A stretch of DNA of 64,000 nt from a virus (Duplodnaviria; Caudoviricetes), in IMG/VR virus record IMGVR_UViG_3300028888_000055. One strand, 5' to 3'. The notes under the pieces were generated by a model that was not told where the DNA came from, ran no database searches, and was given only the letters and a program-made list of their open reading frames with translations. The translations under genes were made by a program, and so were the position numbers. Positions 36,132 through 48,300 of the stretch are shown here, one piece after another (the first letter of the stretch is position 1; each line of letters begins with the position of its first letter).

Positions 36132-37601
36132 ATGCCAAATCGTTATACATCACCTTACACAGAATACGATAAATTGTTTGAACCTTATACAGATGACCAA
36201 GAGCGTTTGTAGGACTTGTTAGCGCAAATGAATTATCCTGAAATTGTATAGGCTGGTTCTGAATAGGATTATGGGCAGCGATTTAAGTGGGGAAAATATG
36301 GATTGGGAAACTTATATCAAAGAAACCATACTATGCCAAATGGTACAGAATATACCGCCGAAGATAATGCACATTTTCTTATTATCCCCTTTATGCGCCC
36401 TTAGATAGGTTATGAACCAAATACTCTAAAGGCACCAAGTGCATAGTAGCGCACAACATATGAAGAATTTCCACACGCATATTTATTCAACAATGGCATG
36501 CAAAACTATGCAGAATCTCTGTAGGATTTTCTAGTATCTGGCAGAGAACAAGATTATTTAAATCCTTTCACAATGGAAGGATTCACGCATGGACTTTTTA
36601 GTGATAATACCATAAATGCCAAAGAAAAGCAAAAAAGGTTTAAGATCACTAAAAAATTAACAAAAGATTTAGGATTAGAAAATCTACTAGTAGATTTTAA
36701 TGGTGATAAACAAAAGGATTATGTTATTCCAGGTTTTAATAATGATCATGGTCCAGTTGGCGGACAATATTGGGTAGAAGCTTATCGAAGAGGAAAAATA
36801 AATTAGGAAACATTGGATAAAGCTCTTAAAATAGTTTCAGATTATCATCAAAATGGAAGAAAAGACGCTTATTATGATGCGGCTTGGAAAGCTAATAAAT
36901 AGAATTATGCAGAGCAACTTCGTAAATTAGGTTTTACTGACGGAGGTGATTTAATAAGATTTGCAACGCCTACTTTAAGTATAATTAATTTTGTTGGAGA
37001 AAGTGGCAATATAATATCTACGAAACGTGAACTTGCTAAAAAAGAAAAAGAATTAGAAAAAGCTTATAAAAATAAAGAAATAACTAAAGATCAATATAAT
37101 AAAATCAAGAAACAATATGAACTTGCTAATAAATCTTTACACAAAAAAATACACGCCACTATTGGGAACGATTTTTCTAATGCAGTAAAAGAAACTAAAC
37201 AAGGAAATCTTAAACAAGCAGCTAAATCTGCAGGTAAAGGACTTCTCAAAGTAGCAGATTCTTCAGCAGGAGCAGGACAATCAGCAAGTAATATTATGTA
37301 GAATTTTATAGCAAATTAGCTTACTTAGGAAACTAAAAAAGCTATTAAGAAAGGTGTATACGATGCTACAGATTATGTTATGGATAAATCTCCCTAGTGG
37401 CTTAAAAATGCAAATAAGAAAGCTAATCCATATGCAAAGAAGGCAATAACATCTACATGGAACTGGATTCCTGAAGGCAGTTTCAAAGACGCTTTAAGAG
37501 ATAACAAATTAATGAGATTTGGACGTGATTGGGCTAAACGTTATGGTCTGTGGAAGAAAAACGGCGGTGTATTAAATATATAGGATATGTTAATTTATTA
37601 A
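36132..37601 (+). CDS. Hypothetical cargo protein with zincin-like EExxH motif (489 aa)
   Basis: Open with TAG=Q, including a TAGTAG at 36444-36449. YEEFPHAY...MEGFTH; C-terminal KKNGGVL. Confidence 0.65.
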
Positions 37602-37608
37602 ATTCTGT

Positions 37609-38268
37609 ATGGAAGAAAATTTTGATATTGAACTTGCTAAAGATGGTACTACTATAGAAAAAATTGACAATGAGACTTCTAGTTCTATAGATATCGAAAT
37701 TGGAAATAAAAAATATACAGTACAACTTGCAAAGACAGAAAAAGAAAAAGAAAAAGGTTTAATGGGTAAACAATCCTTACCAAAGAATGAAGGAATGTTA
37801 TTTATATATGATGAACCTCAAACAGTTGGTTTTTGGATGAAAGACACTCATATACCTTTAGATATTATCTTTATTGATGAAGACTGCGAAGTTATTTCTA
37901 TTTATAAAGCCAAGCCATTAGATAAAACCATTGTTGAAGAGGATGATGTAAAATATGTATTAGAAGTAAATCAAGATTCTGGTATAAAAGAGGGAGATGA
38001 GTTAGAGTACGATGAAGACCCTGATGAAGATTTACCTACTATGAAAGTTATAGGGCCCAATGGTGAAACTTAGATGGAACTTGAGGGTGGAGAAAGAATA
38101 TTTAGTAGAAAAAATACCAGAACTTTAATCAGAATGGCAAAAAGAGCTGAAGAATCTAATTCTGATACAGACTATAAACGATTAGGTAAAAAAATATTCA
38201 AATATATTGAAATACAAGATAATAGAGAGCCAGAATACGTAGAGTTAAAAACTGACTCCGATGATTAA
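37609..38268 (+). CDS. DUF192-domain protein with C-terminal extension (219 aa)
   Basis: KGLMG...GMLFIY...FWMKDTHIPLDIIFID...YVLEVN is the DUF192 signature. A single TAG joins it to MELEGGERIFSR. Confidence 0.8.
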
Positions 38269-38308
38269 TAATTATGATTAATTATTTTATCATAAAAATA
38301 ATTTTTTA

Positions 38309-38316
38309 TAAATTTG
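38309..38316 (+). promoter_or_regulatory. Bacteroidetes -7 promoter element (TAAATTTG)
   Basis: TAnnTTTG in the intergenic gap, 31 nt before ATG 38348. Confidence 0.55.
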
Positions 38317-38347
38317 TAGCAGTTTAACTGTTAAACATTATTTTATT

Positions 38348-38665
38348 ATGAGAATTGTAAACAAATACAGAAAATTTCAAGACGGTGGAGCTATGCCTCC
38401 CGAAGGTGCCCCTATGGAAGCTCCTATGGAAGCTCCAATGGAAGGAGCACCCGCACCTGAAGAAGGTGGCGATCCTTTAACACAAATCTTACAAGTTGCA
38501 GCTATGGCTTTGCAAAATCAAGACTGTGAAGCAGCTATGGCAGTATGCCAAGCTTTTATTGAATTAGCTCAAGGCGGACCTCAAGGCGGTGCTCCAGCAC
38601 CTGCACCAGAAGGTGAACCTACATTTGCTAGATACGGAGCTAAACTCGTAAGGGTTAGAAGATAA
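38348..38665 (+). CDS. Small Pro/Ala-rich protein with KFQDGG motif and APME x3 repeat (105 aa)
   Basis: Intact ORF with no TAG; has its own promoter and terminator. Confidence 0.8.
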   Translation: MRIVNKYRKFQDGGAMPPEGAPMEAPMEAPMEGAPAPEEGGDPLTQILQVAAMALQNQDCEAAMAVCQAFIELAQGGPQGGAPAPAPEGEPTFARYGAKLVRVRR

Positions 38666-38687
38666 ACTTAACTTTAAGGTTTATAAT

Positions 38688-38722
38688 AGGGGCTTATATG
38701 TTTAGCTATAAGTCCCTTTTAT
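38688..38722 (+). terminator. Hairpin terminator
   Basis: aggggcttata-tgtttagc-tataagtccct-ttt (one G:U pair). Confidence 0.65.
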
Positions 38723-38738
38723 TTAATTTATAGTAACT

Positions 38739-41700
38739 ATGGCATAGGTAATAGAAAAATTTAAAGAAGGAAAAAGCATATCATCTAAAAAAGGAACTTC
38801 TAAAAAAGTAGCTTCTAAAAAGCCAGTTCCTAAAAAAGAACCTTCTAGTAAAAAAGCTGAAGCTGTGGAAGAAGCAGTAGAGGTCATGACCCCTCCTTAG
38901 GTAGCACAAGCTCCTCAGACTCCAGTAGTAGACGATTATACTATACATTATAATGATAAAGAATACGATCCTACTTGGGTAAGGGATTACGTAGAAAAAA
39001 ATGTTAATACTTTTATTAACAATGAAAATATGACATAGGGACAAGCAGAAAAATTTAGAGATACTATTAAGGATGTTATATTACCTAGCATAGATGCTAA
39101 AGTTTTAGACTTTTCAGATCCTTATACTTTAAATGTCCCTACAAATAATTCTAGTGACGGATATTATAATAAAGCTGGGTCAGGAATATTTAGTTATGAT
39201 ATAACTGATGATAATAAAGCAGGAATGATAGCCGCTACTAGATATTTACGTTCTTTATTGAGTTCTCCTGATGCAATATCTAAAAAACCAAAAGAAGCCT
39301 ACAATGGTGATAAGGTTTTAGTCAAAGCACTGGCTGAAAAATTAGGAAATGGAAACCCTGCTGCATTTAAGTCTGTTTGGGAGGCATACACTCCAAAAGA
39401 ACGCAGAAAAGCTTTGCAAGAAGTTTTAGGAAGTTTGGATTATAATAACATATTTAAACTTTATAATTTTGATGAAACTAATACTAGAGATGCTGCTGCT
39501 TTGCATGCGGCAGTTGCCAATTTACAATATGCTTTAAAACATGATAAAGCTAAAGATGATAAATTGGATTCTTCTACATTTGCAGCTGCTGGTAAAGTAG
39601 GTATTAGTTTACTAAAATCTCTTCTTTATGGAGAGGAAAAGAAACAAGCACCTCCTGTTACTCCAGTAGATGCTACTGGTGGCGCAGGTGCAGGAGCTGC
39701 AGGTGGAGCGGCAGGAACAGGGCAACAAGGTGCTGCTGGTACACAAACTGGACAAACGGCTAATGGAATTTCTTAGGCGGATATACAAGCTGCTAATAAA
39801 GTAATTTCAATATTTAGAGAACTTGAATCAGGAACTTCTTCATAGAAAATTATACTTACTCCAGACTCTAAGTACGTAGTAAATAAAGGAATGGTAAATT
39901 CTGGAACCCAACTAAAAAAAGATATTGCAGCCCTTAAGAAAGAACCCCTAGTATTTAATGGTAAAAAGTATGGATGGGGGGACCTAATAAACCATACTAA
40001 TACACATATATTTAAAAATTTAGCAAATGGCAAGTTAAATGAACAAGATTCTAGTAAATGGAATAAACTTGATAAAACAGCCATTAAATTATACTTTTAT
40101 TATTTACAATCATAGAATCCAGAGGCCGAACATGTGTTTGCATATTATGAACCTAGCACTAAAAAGGTAATTGTTGCAAATCTTAAGGATAACACATTCT
40201 CTGTTGGACAGCTTGGCATAGATCAGATATATGCTTCTCCTGATGGTAAGAAAGAAATTGATAAAATATTAAGTGCAAATAATCTAACTTATGATAAATA
40301 TCTACAAATATTAAGTAGTGTTCCTTCTAGTAAAAAAGGAGGAGCATTAAAACGTAAATATTTAGAAGGTGGAAAAGCTGATGAGTATGCTCAACAAGTT
40401 GATGCTGCTATAAAAGCTAATAATGATGCTGCAAAGCCAGAAGGCATGGATCAGAAAACGTGGGATGCTAAAACCAAATTAATGGCAGATGAAGAGGGCA
40501 TAAATCTTTCTGGCACAGATATTACTAGACTGACTGCTCTTGCATAGGATATTGTAGCTTTAGGAGCTTCCTTTGCTGGTCCTTATGGTATGGCAGCTGC
40601 TGGAGCATTAGGAATAACAAGTGCTCTTACTGACTTAGGTGCTGACATATTCGATGATAGTGTAACCACAGGAGAAGTGTTAACAAATCTGGCAGTTAAT
40701 TTAGGTTTAGGAATTGCAGGCGCACTTCCTGGAGGTAAGCTAGGTTCTTTAGGTGCTAAATTAGTTAAATGGGGCCCTAAACTAGCAAAAGCTGCAATGT
40801 TATATGGAGGTGTGAAGATGGGAATGGATGTTATATAGACTCTAAACAGAGGAAGCTAGGTAGGATGGAATAACCTTTCAAAAGATGATTGGAATAATTT
40901 AATTAGAGCAGCACAGCTTATTATAGGAGGTAAAGCCTCTACTAGAGTAGCTAAAGCAAGAGCAGGAGCTTTAGAGTATACTAATTCCAATAGAACAACT
41001 AAAACAGCTGATGTAGGTTCTGTAACTCTTAAAGGTAAATTTAAACAACCTACTAATAATACTGGAGGAGTATTTAAAAGTGGTAAAGAACTTAAATTTG
41101 ATCTTACTAATCCAGAACATGCAGCACACTGGGAGGCTTTAAAAGGTAAAGCAACTAATGCTGAGCGTGTAGCATATTTGAAAGAAAAAGGACTTATAGC
41201 TAATGAAGCTGGTCAAAAAATACGAGGAACTGGACCTAAATGGTTAACAAACTGGCTTTTTGGTAATGAAACTGGAATGTTTAGAACGAGAACAGGACGT
41301 CTTTATAATTGGGAAGAATTTAAAGCTGCTAATCCAAACTGGAAAACAATTATTAAAGGTGGTAAAGAAGGTCGAGACTTATTTATTGATAGGGAAATTA
41401 AGTCTCCGTGGTTAGTACCAGATTGGCTTGACGTAAGAAGATACATACCAGGAATGTCAGGAAGAATAGGTCTTCTTCAAGAGAAAGATATGATAAGAGG
41501 GTATCTAGAGAATTTACGTCATACAGATCCTGATGAATACTTGAGAGCTATACGTGAAATAGACAGTACCATAAGAACAAAGAGATGGAAAATCCTTAAA
41601 AAGATGGATGAACGTGCTGTTAAAGCTGCAAAGAGACACATGAAATGGTTCCCAAGATACTTTGAACCCAAAAATTAGCCTATTGGTCCTACTGGTAGTC

Positions 41701-43574
41701 CTATATAGTCTGTTGATCCTCGTAGTGTCCCTGATAGATAGTGGGAATAGGGCAGTCTATTTAAAAACGGAGGTATTCTTTCTTCAGATGTTCAATTTGC
41801 TAAGTAGGTATTATCATATAGAGGAGGTGGTAGATCTTCTAGAAATAATCAGCCTTCTAGAGGCAGTCAATCTTCAGGAATTATGTATTCTTCTGTAATT
41901 AGTTCTCCAGAATACAGAAGAGCCTGGGAAAAAATATTAGATGAATTGGATACTAATCCTAATTCTAATATACTAGAACAGATAAATGATCTTTAGAAAT
42001 CTTGGCAAACTAATAGTAATACCTTATTTGGAAGTGCTGGATGGAATGGAACAGACAAAAAAGGTAATGGAGCAGTCACTGCTCGCAGAAAAATATTTAA
42101 CAATACTGAATTAGGTAAAGCTATAAATACTATTATAAGAGCTAACGATGGTTTAGATGATTATTTTGGTCCTTTAGAAAATGTTAGACATTTTGGTAAA
42201 AAAGAGCACCTTTCTTAGGTATCTAGAATGATCTAGGACATAATAAAAAATGGTCAAAAAAATAAAAAATACAAAAATATAAAATCATTTAAAGTAGTTA
42301 ATAATAATGGTGTACTAGGATTTCAATTAAATACTTCTGGTAAATCAACAGGTACAAATATTAAAAACACAGAAGGCAAAGGTACAGATGTTACTAGTCC
42401 AACTAGTGCTGATAATATAGCTAGCGCTGTAGAAGCTGTTAAGGGCTAGGTTAAGGGTTAGACTGATGCTAAACCAAAGGATCAGTCTGTTTCTGGAACA
42501 TCAGTTGATGTTGGAACTCCTTTATCGACAAAAAGCGATAAAAAGGTTAATATAAATCTTCCATAGTTATATGCTGATCTTAGATACAAAGACAGTATAA
42601 ATGCTCAAAAACGTGTAAATGATTTATATCATACTTATAAAATAGGATTTGATGACCCAACAAGGCAATCATTTATATATAATGATAACTATTCTCTTCT
42701 TAAGAAAATGGAGCAACAAGCAGCTTCTAATCTTAATACTATACAAGGAGGAGCCTTATCAACCGATCCTTCTGTAAATAATGCTGCCTTATTAGAAGGA
42801 ATTAGAGAAAATAATAAAGCATTGGCAGATGCAAGAGTACAAACAGATGCTAATATTAGAGAAAATAATAAGTAGAATCAGACTATAGCAGATGCTAATG
42901 CGAAAGAAGCAGTTGAGACAGCAAATAGGAATCGTGCAGAACTTGATAAGTTTAACAACGGGATGGTAGACATCGATATTACTAACGAATTAGCTTTACA
43001 TAATAGTAAGGATCGTTACATGGCTGAACAACAACAAATTGCTACTCAGAAACAAATGCTTGCTAATGCAATGGATTATAGTAAATACACTGAAGCTTCA
43101 AATGCTCAAGTATTCCATGAACAGTCTGAACTTGCTAAATTGGCGAGAAAAGAAATGGCCGATTTACTAGAGAGACTTAAGAAAGAAAATCCAGGAAAAT
43201 CTCAGGAGGAAATTTATAATGATCCAGAACTTGTAGCACTCTCTCAATCGTTCTAGAAACAAATGCATGAAATAGTATCTAGACATAGAATAAATAGTGC
43301 AGATTATTTAGGCTCATTAATATCATTTAATCCTTATACTTGGGTAAGACCTGATAATGTGACATTTGATGTTTCTTATACTCCTTCGTTTAAATCAAGT
43401 ACTCCAACAAATACAAGAGTAACAGTTGGAAAAAAAGGACTTAAATTAGGAAAAGGTGGTGAAGCTAAATATTCATATGATAAAGCGAAAGAAGCATATT
43501 TAAAATTCTTAAGAGATGATTATAAATAGGTAAGTAAACGCAATGCGAAAGTATTGCATGGTCAATATAAGTAA
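38739..43574 (+). CDS. Large virion cargo/ejection protein with Gly-rich membrane segment (1611 aa)
   Basis: Track ORFs 39225, 39891, 40134, 40590, 41178, 42963 and 43263 are all in frame with ATG 38739. Hydrophobic GxxxG helices at about 40510-40830. Confidence 0.75.
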
Positions 43575-43575
43575 T

Positions 43576-45393
43576 ATGAATATAATTCCTAAACATTAGA
43601 GCGGAGGTCCTGTAACGATTGTTTATCAACCGTTAGAGAGGCCTCTTGCTTCTTTAACAATGGCAGCATATGCTGCTGGTGATAGTCACGCTAATGCTTC
43701 TTCTGCTTCTGGAGGAGAAGCAACATCATCTTCATCTTCTAAATCTAAGTCAGATGAAGGACTTTTAACAAAAGACTTAATTAAAGAAGCTTATACTAAA
43801 GGATTACCAAGCGATGTAGCTGAATTTATGAGCAAAGTAAATATCTTTGGTAATGATCTGTTTGGATTAAGTAATGGATTATCTTCTTCTAATTATAAAT
43901 AGTTAGTATCAATGCTATCTAGTTTGTAGTTAAATAAAGAACAATACACTAAGGCTTTAGAACACGCTACTTCTAAAAATACACTTAATGAACCTGCAAT
44001 CACATCCGATGGTAAAGTATTTGTACTAGGAAGCGATGGTTTAATTACCAAGAGTGTATCAGAAGTAGGCAAGGATGAAAAAACATTAAGTGTAGGCGAA
44101 TTAAGTTAGTTGAGAGCTTATTCTAAAGACCTGGCATTTGATAATGGCACATTAACTAATGCAATAGCAGGAAGTATAAGCATACAGGATGTCTTTAAAA
44201 GCATTCAAGATATAGTAAGTAAGATAGGTAACTCAGAAGTAGAAAGCGAAGTTATAGGTAGAAAAAGCGGAAAAGCGGTTACTAAGGGACTTGAAGCCCT
44301 TTTAAGCGAGGCTGAAGATGGTACTTATAAAATCAAACAAGAGAATAAAAATCAAGTAGCTCAAGCGAAAGTTGCCTTACAATATATATTAGCATCTTTG
44401 CCTACTAATCAATAGGCATTGCTTTAGGAATATGCAAGAAGACATGGTATGGATACTTCTCAAGGACCTTTAGTATTGATTAAGAGTTTCATACAAGGAC
44501 AATTAAGTGATGTATCTAAATTAACTATTGCATCTGCTCCTAATAGTAGTAGCTCTGGGGATGGAAGTGATGGTAGTAATAAGAAAACAAAGATGACATT
44601 CCCAATGTAGTTAATTACTGGTGATGGATTAGCCCATAGTACAGAACTTATATCATTTGGAACTGGCGAAGCATATAGTGTAGATGTACAAAGTTCTCCA
44701 CAGATACCTTTAGCATCTGGCGGTATTGTTAAAGCTGGAGATGCCTCTAAGATTTTGGAGAGTCAGTTGGGTGGAATTATAGAATCGGATTCTATACATG
44801 TTGGAGAACAACTTATAAGTCCTATGGCATTATCTAGAATGTATTATGACGGCTCTGGTGTTAAGGCTATGTGGTTACCTGTAAAGAAGGATAATAATGG
44901 TAAAGACATGCCTAATATGGATTTGATGAAGAAGTTCATGGAAGTACAGCAGAGAATTAAGAATTTAAGTACACCTCCTACACCTCAACAAGTAAATGCT
45001 ATGCTTAGAGAGGCAGGTTTATCGGACTACTATTCTGCAGATGGTCAAGTATTAAGTAATTACAGACGATTCGCTGTAATATCAGTATTAGGAGATGAAG
45101 CCGCTTTCAAAGATCCTGATGAAAGTAAAGCCTTTACTGAAGTTGACGATGATGCTATTCGTGAAACATTTAGTAGAAGTTTAGGTACTGAAAAGAACCC
45201 TCTTAAGATAGAAGGCGATCTTTATAGAACTAATCTATTTATTCCATTGTATGATAGTCCTTCACTTGCTAGACAGGCAGGAGGAAATCCTGGATGGGTG
45301 CCAGATAATGGATGGTAGGCCGAAGAACAAGCCTATTCAGAAGTACAAGCTTAGAAAAATTTTAAACAACCACAACCTAAAAGTGCATTATAA
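43576..45393 (+). CDS. Virion cargo protein (605 aa)
   Basis: MNIIPKHQSGG...; track ORFs 43660, 44110 and 44755 in frame; TAA 45391-45393. Confidence 0.75.
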
Positions 45394-45395
45394 TA

Positions 45396-48300
45396 ATGGA
45401 TAATAAGCAGAATGATTGGGTATTGGCTACATTAGCAAACCCAGACTTTAATTTTACTGACTTTAGTGCTGTAGGCATTACTGCCGATAATACTTCACTA
45501 TATGACAGACAAAAATATTTAAATAGCAATTTAATTCAAAATACCCCTGAGTTTTAGACTGAGGGGCATTTTGATGAAGCAAAGTTCAATACTTTTTATG
45601 ATAATGCTTTGAAAGACTATAACGCGTTATCTGAGCATACTGACCAACAAAACGTTAGCCAGGCTATGTTCAGCTATAACAACATATGGGTAGACAAAGA
45701 AAAAAGGAAAAAGTAGGTGGATTTTAATGTAGTAAAAATTAATAATCCCGATAGACGAAACTTTGGTATAGAAAGAATAGGATATATTAGTAATCCTACA
45801 ATGACCCCAGAAGAAATTGCTCAAAATGAAAAAGTATGGGACAATGCTACTCATTCTTGGAAGGAATCTCCCAATGATGCTTGGTTATTTAGAAACTGGC
45901 TTGATCCTGTAGCCTTAGCAGTATATGACACAGACGTTGATGCCGATGGCAATCCTACAACTGATGAGTCAAAAATAGCTCATAGAAAAGGAGAATATAA
46001 AATTAATCCTGATACTGGAACATACTATTATGAAACATTAAATGGTAAAACACCACATGATAGATAGGTTCTTACTATGTTTGATGTAATTACTAAGGAT
46101 GGTTCTGCAGCAAATAAATATGATTTCTTTGATGCGGATGGTGTAAATAAAAGTATAATTGGTACAGTAGCAAAGAATGTCGTGCGTATAGCTCCTGCAT
46201 TTATAAAATATGTGAAGGGTCCCTATATAGCATTAAATGTTGCTCTTGAAGCTGCAAAATTTCTACCTACTATATATAAATCTACTTTCGGATTGGTGTC
46301 AGAAGACAATTCTGCAGCTAATGGTATAGAAGCCTTTGCCATGTAGTTTGATAATAATAAATCATCCTTAGAAGGACAGCAAAGTTTCTTCTCTTCCGAA
46401 AGTATAGTTAATATGATTGGTGATGTTGCTAGTTAGTTAATACAATAGCGTTGGTTATTTACAAAAGCTCCTAGAGCTTTTAAGAAGTATGATATTACAG
46501 GAACAGCCGAAAAACCTTCTCAATTACAATTAGCAGCAAACGAAAAAGCTAATCAATGGGCATCAGACTTAATATAGAAAGGTATTGCTGGTGAAACTAT
46601 GATAACAGCAGATGAAGCTGTTGCAGCTTCTTTAGCTAAAGCAAGTGTTTGGCAGGAAAATTATATAAAGGAATATCAGGAGATAGGTAAGTATATATCC
46701 AGGTTATATATGACTGGTACTTCGTCTTATCAAGCATATGAAGATGCTAAAGCTGAAGGTGCAACTGATGCAGAAGCAGCTGCATTATTCTGGGGATATT
46801 TCGCTGGTATGTATGGAATTATGTCTAAGGATATCGGTGAACACGTATTACCAGAATTACGTATGCAGAAACGTGAAATTCGTGATATCTTATTAAAAGC
46901 AAACGAATAGGGATTAAAGAAGGGAGTGACAAAAGCTGCTACTACATCTACTGCAGAAGAAGTTAGTAAATTCAAAGGCATATTTTAGAAAGCAGGTAAA
47001 AAAGCACAAGAAATATGGCAAAAGGCTTCTTCTCCTACAATTGCTGGAGGTTCTTCTATAATGGCTAATATGTTAGCAGAAGGTGTAGAAGAAGTTTCAG
47101 AAGAAGTAGTATATGACTTAACAAGAGCTACTTTTAATGTTCTTAATAATTTTAGAGGGGGAAAAACTCAATTATCTGCATTTGATAATGCATTAGAACG
47201 CTATGGTAGTTCATTTTTTGGTGGCTTCATTGGCGGTGGTATCTTCGAAGGTATTAATGTAAAAGAGCACATAAATTCTAATATTAATAGGCCATACGAT
47301 CCAACTAACAAAGAGGCAAATGAGTCTCTTATTTATATGATTCGTAATGGAGAGAAGAAATAGGTACTAGAATCGTTAGAGTATCTTCGTAAGCATGGAA
47401 TGCTTGGCGATACCAATTTAAGTGCTGATATAGACCATATTGAAGGAGACCAAGTTGTTTATAAGCCTGGTACACAAACTGACAATCAAAATGAGTTTGC
47501 TTATAAATTGATGAAAAACTACATAAATAACATCGACACTGTATTATCCGAAGAAAATATGCAACTTGGTGATGACAACCTAATTAGTGGTGAGGGTGTT
47601 ACACAGAACGATGTTATTAAGTATTTAAGATCTTCTTATTTAATTTCGTCTAGTCCGTCTGTAGGTAAGATGTTGTAGGATTACAACAGTATGGGAGATC
47701 GTTTTGTAGCTTTACATAGTGAGTTAAACGAACTTAACCTAATGGATGACCAGAAAAAACGTGCAGACGTTCATTGGCAAGAAAAAGTAGATCGTGTTTA
47801 GAAAGACTTGGATGAACTAAGAAAAAAGAGAGAAGAATATCTTAGTGATGAAAATTAGAAATATTACACAGGTTTAATGATGTTTAACGGTAATAGTGAA
47901 ATTGCTAATGCTTTCACTCATGTAACTTACCGTTCTTTTGCCGAAGCAAAATTTAAAAAAGACTTTGAAGATCTTACTGATTATGAAAAGGAATATGCTC
48001 GACAGTCTTATGAAAGTTATTTAGCTTTGGAAGCCAATGAAAAAATGGCAAAGGCTTATGAAGTATTTATGAACTTAAATAGACGCTTCGGAGCATCTTT
48101 AGAAGCCATAGGACATAATGCAGAAGCTTACGCAGAAGCTCGTAGAAAAGTATTAGAATCTGTAGTAGAATTTGATGAAATTAATCCAGAAACAGGAGAA
48201 GTAGCTCTAGATGATGATGGATAGCCAAAAAAATAGAAGCTTAACTTGGCTGGTATTATTGTTAAGATGTTTGGAGATTATAACCAAACAGATGAACAAG

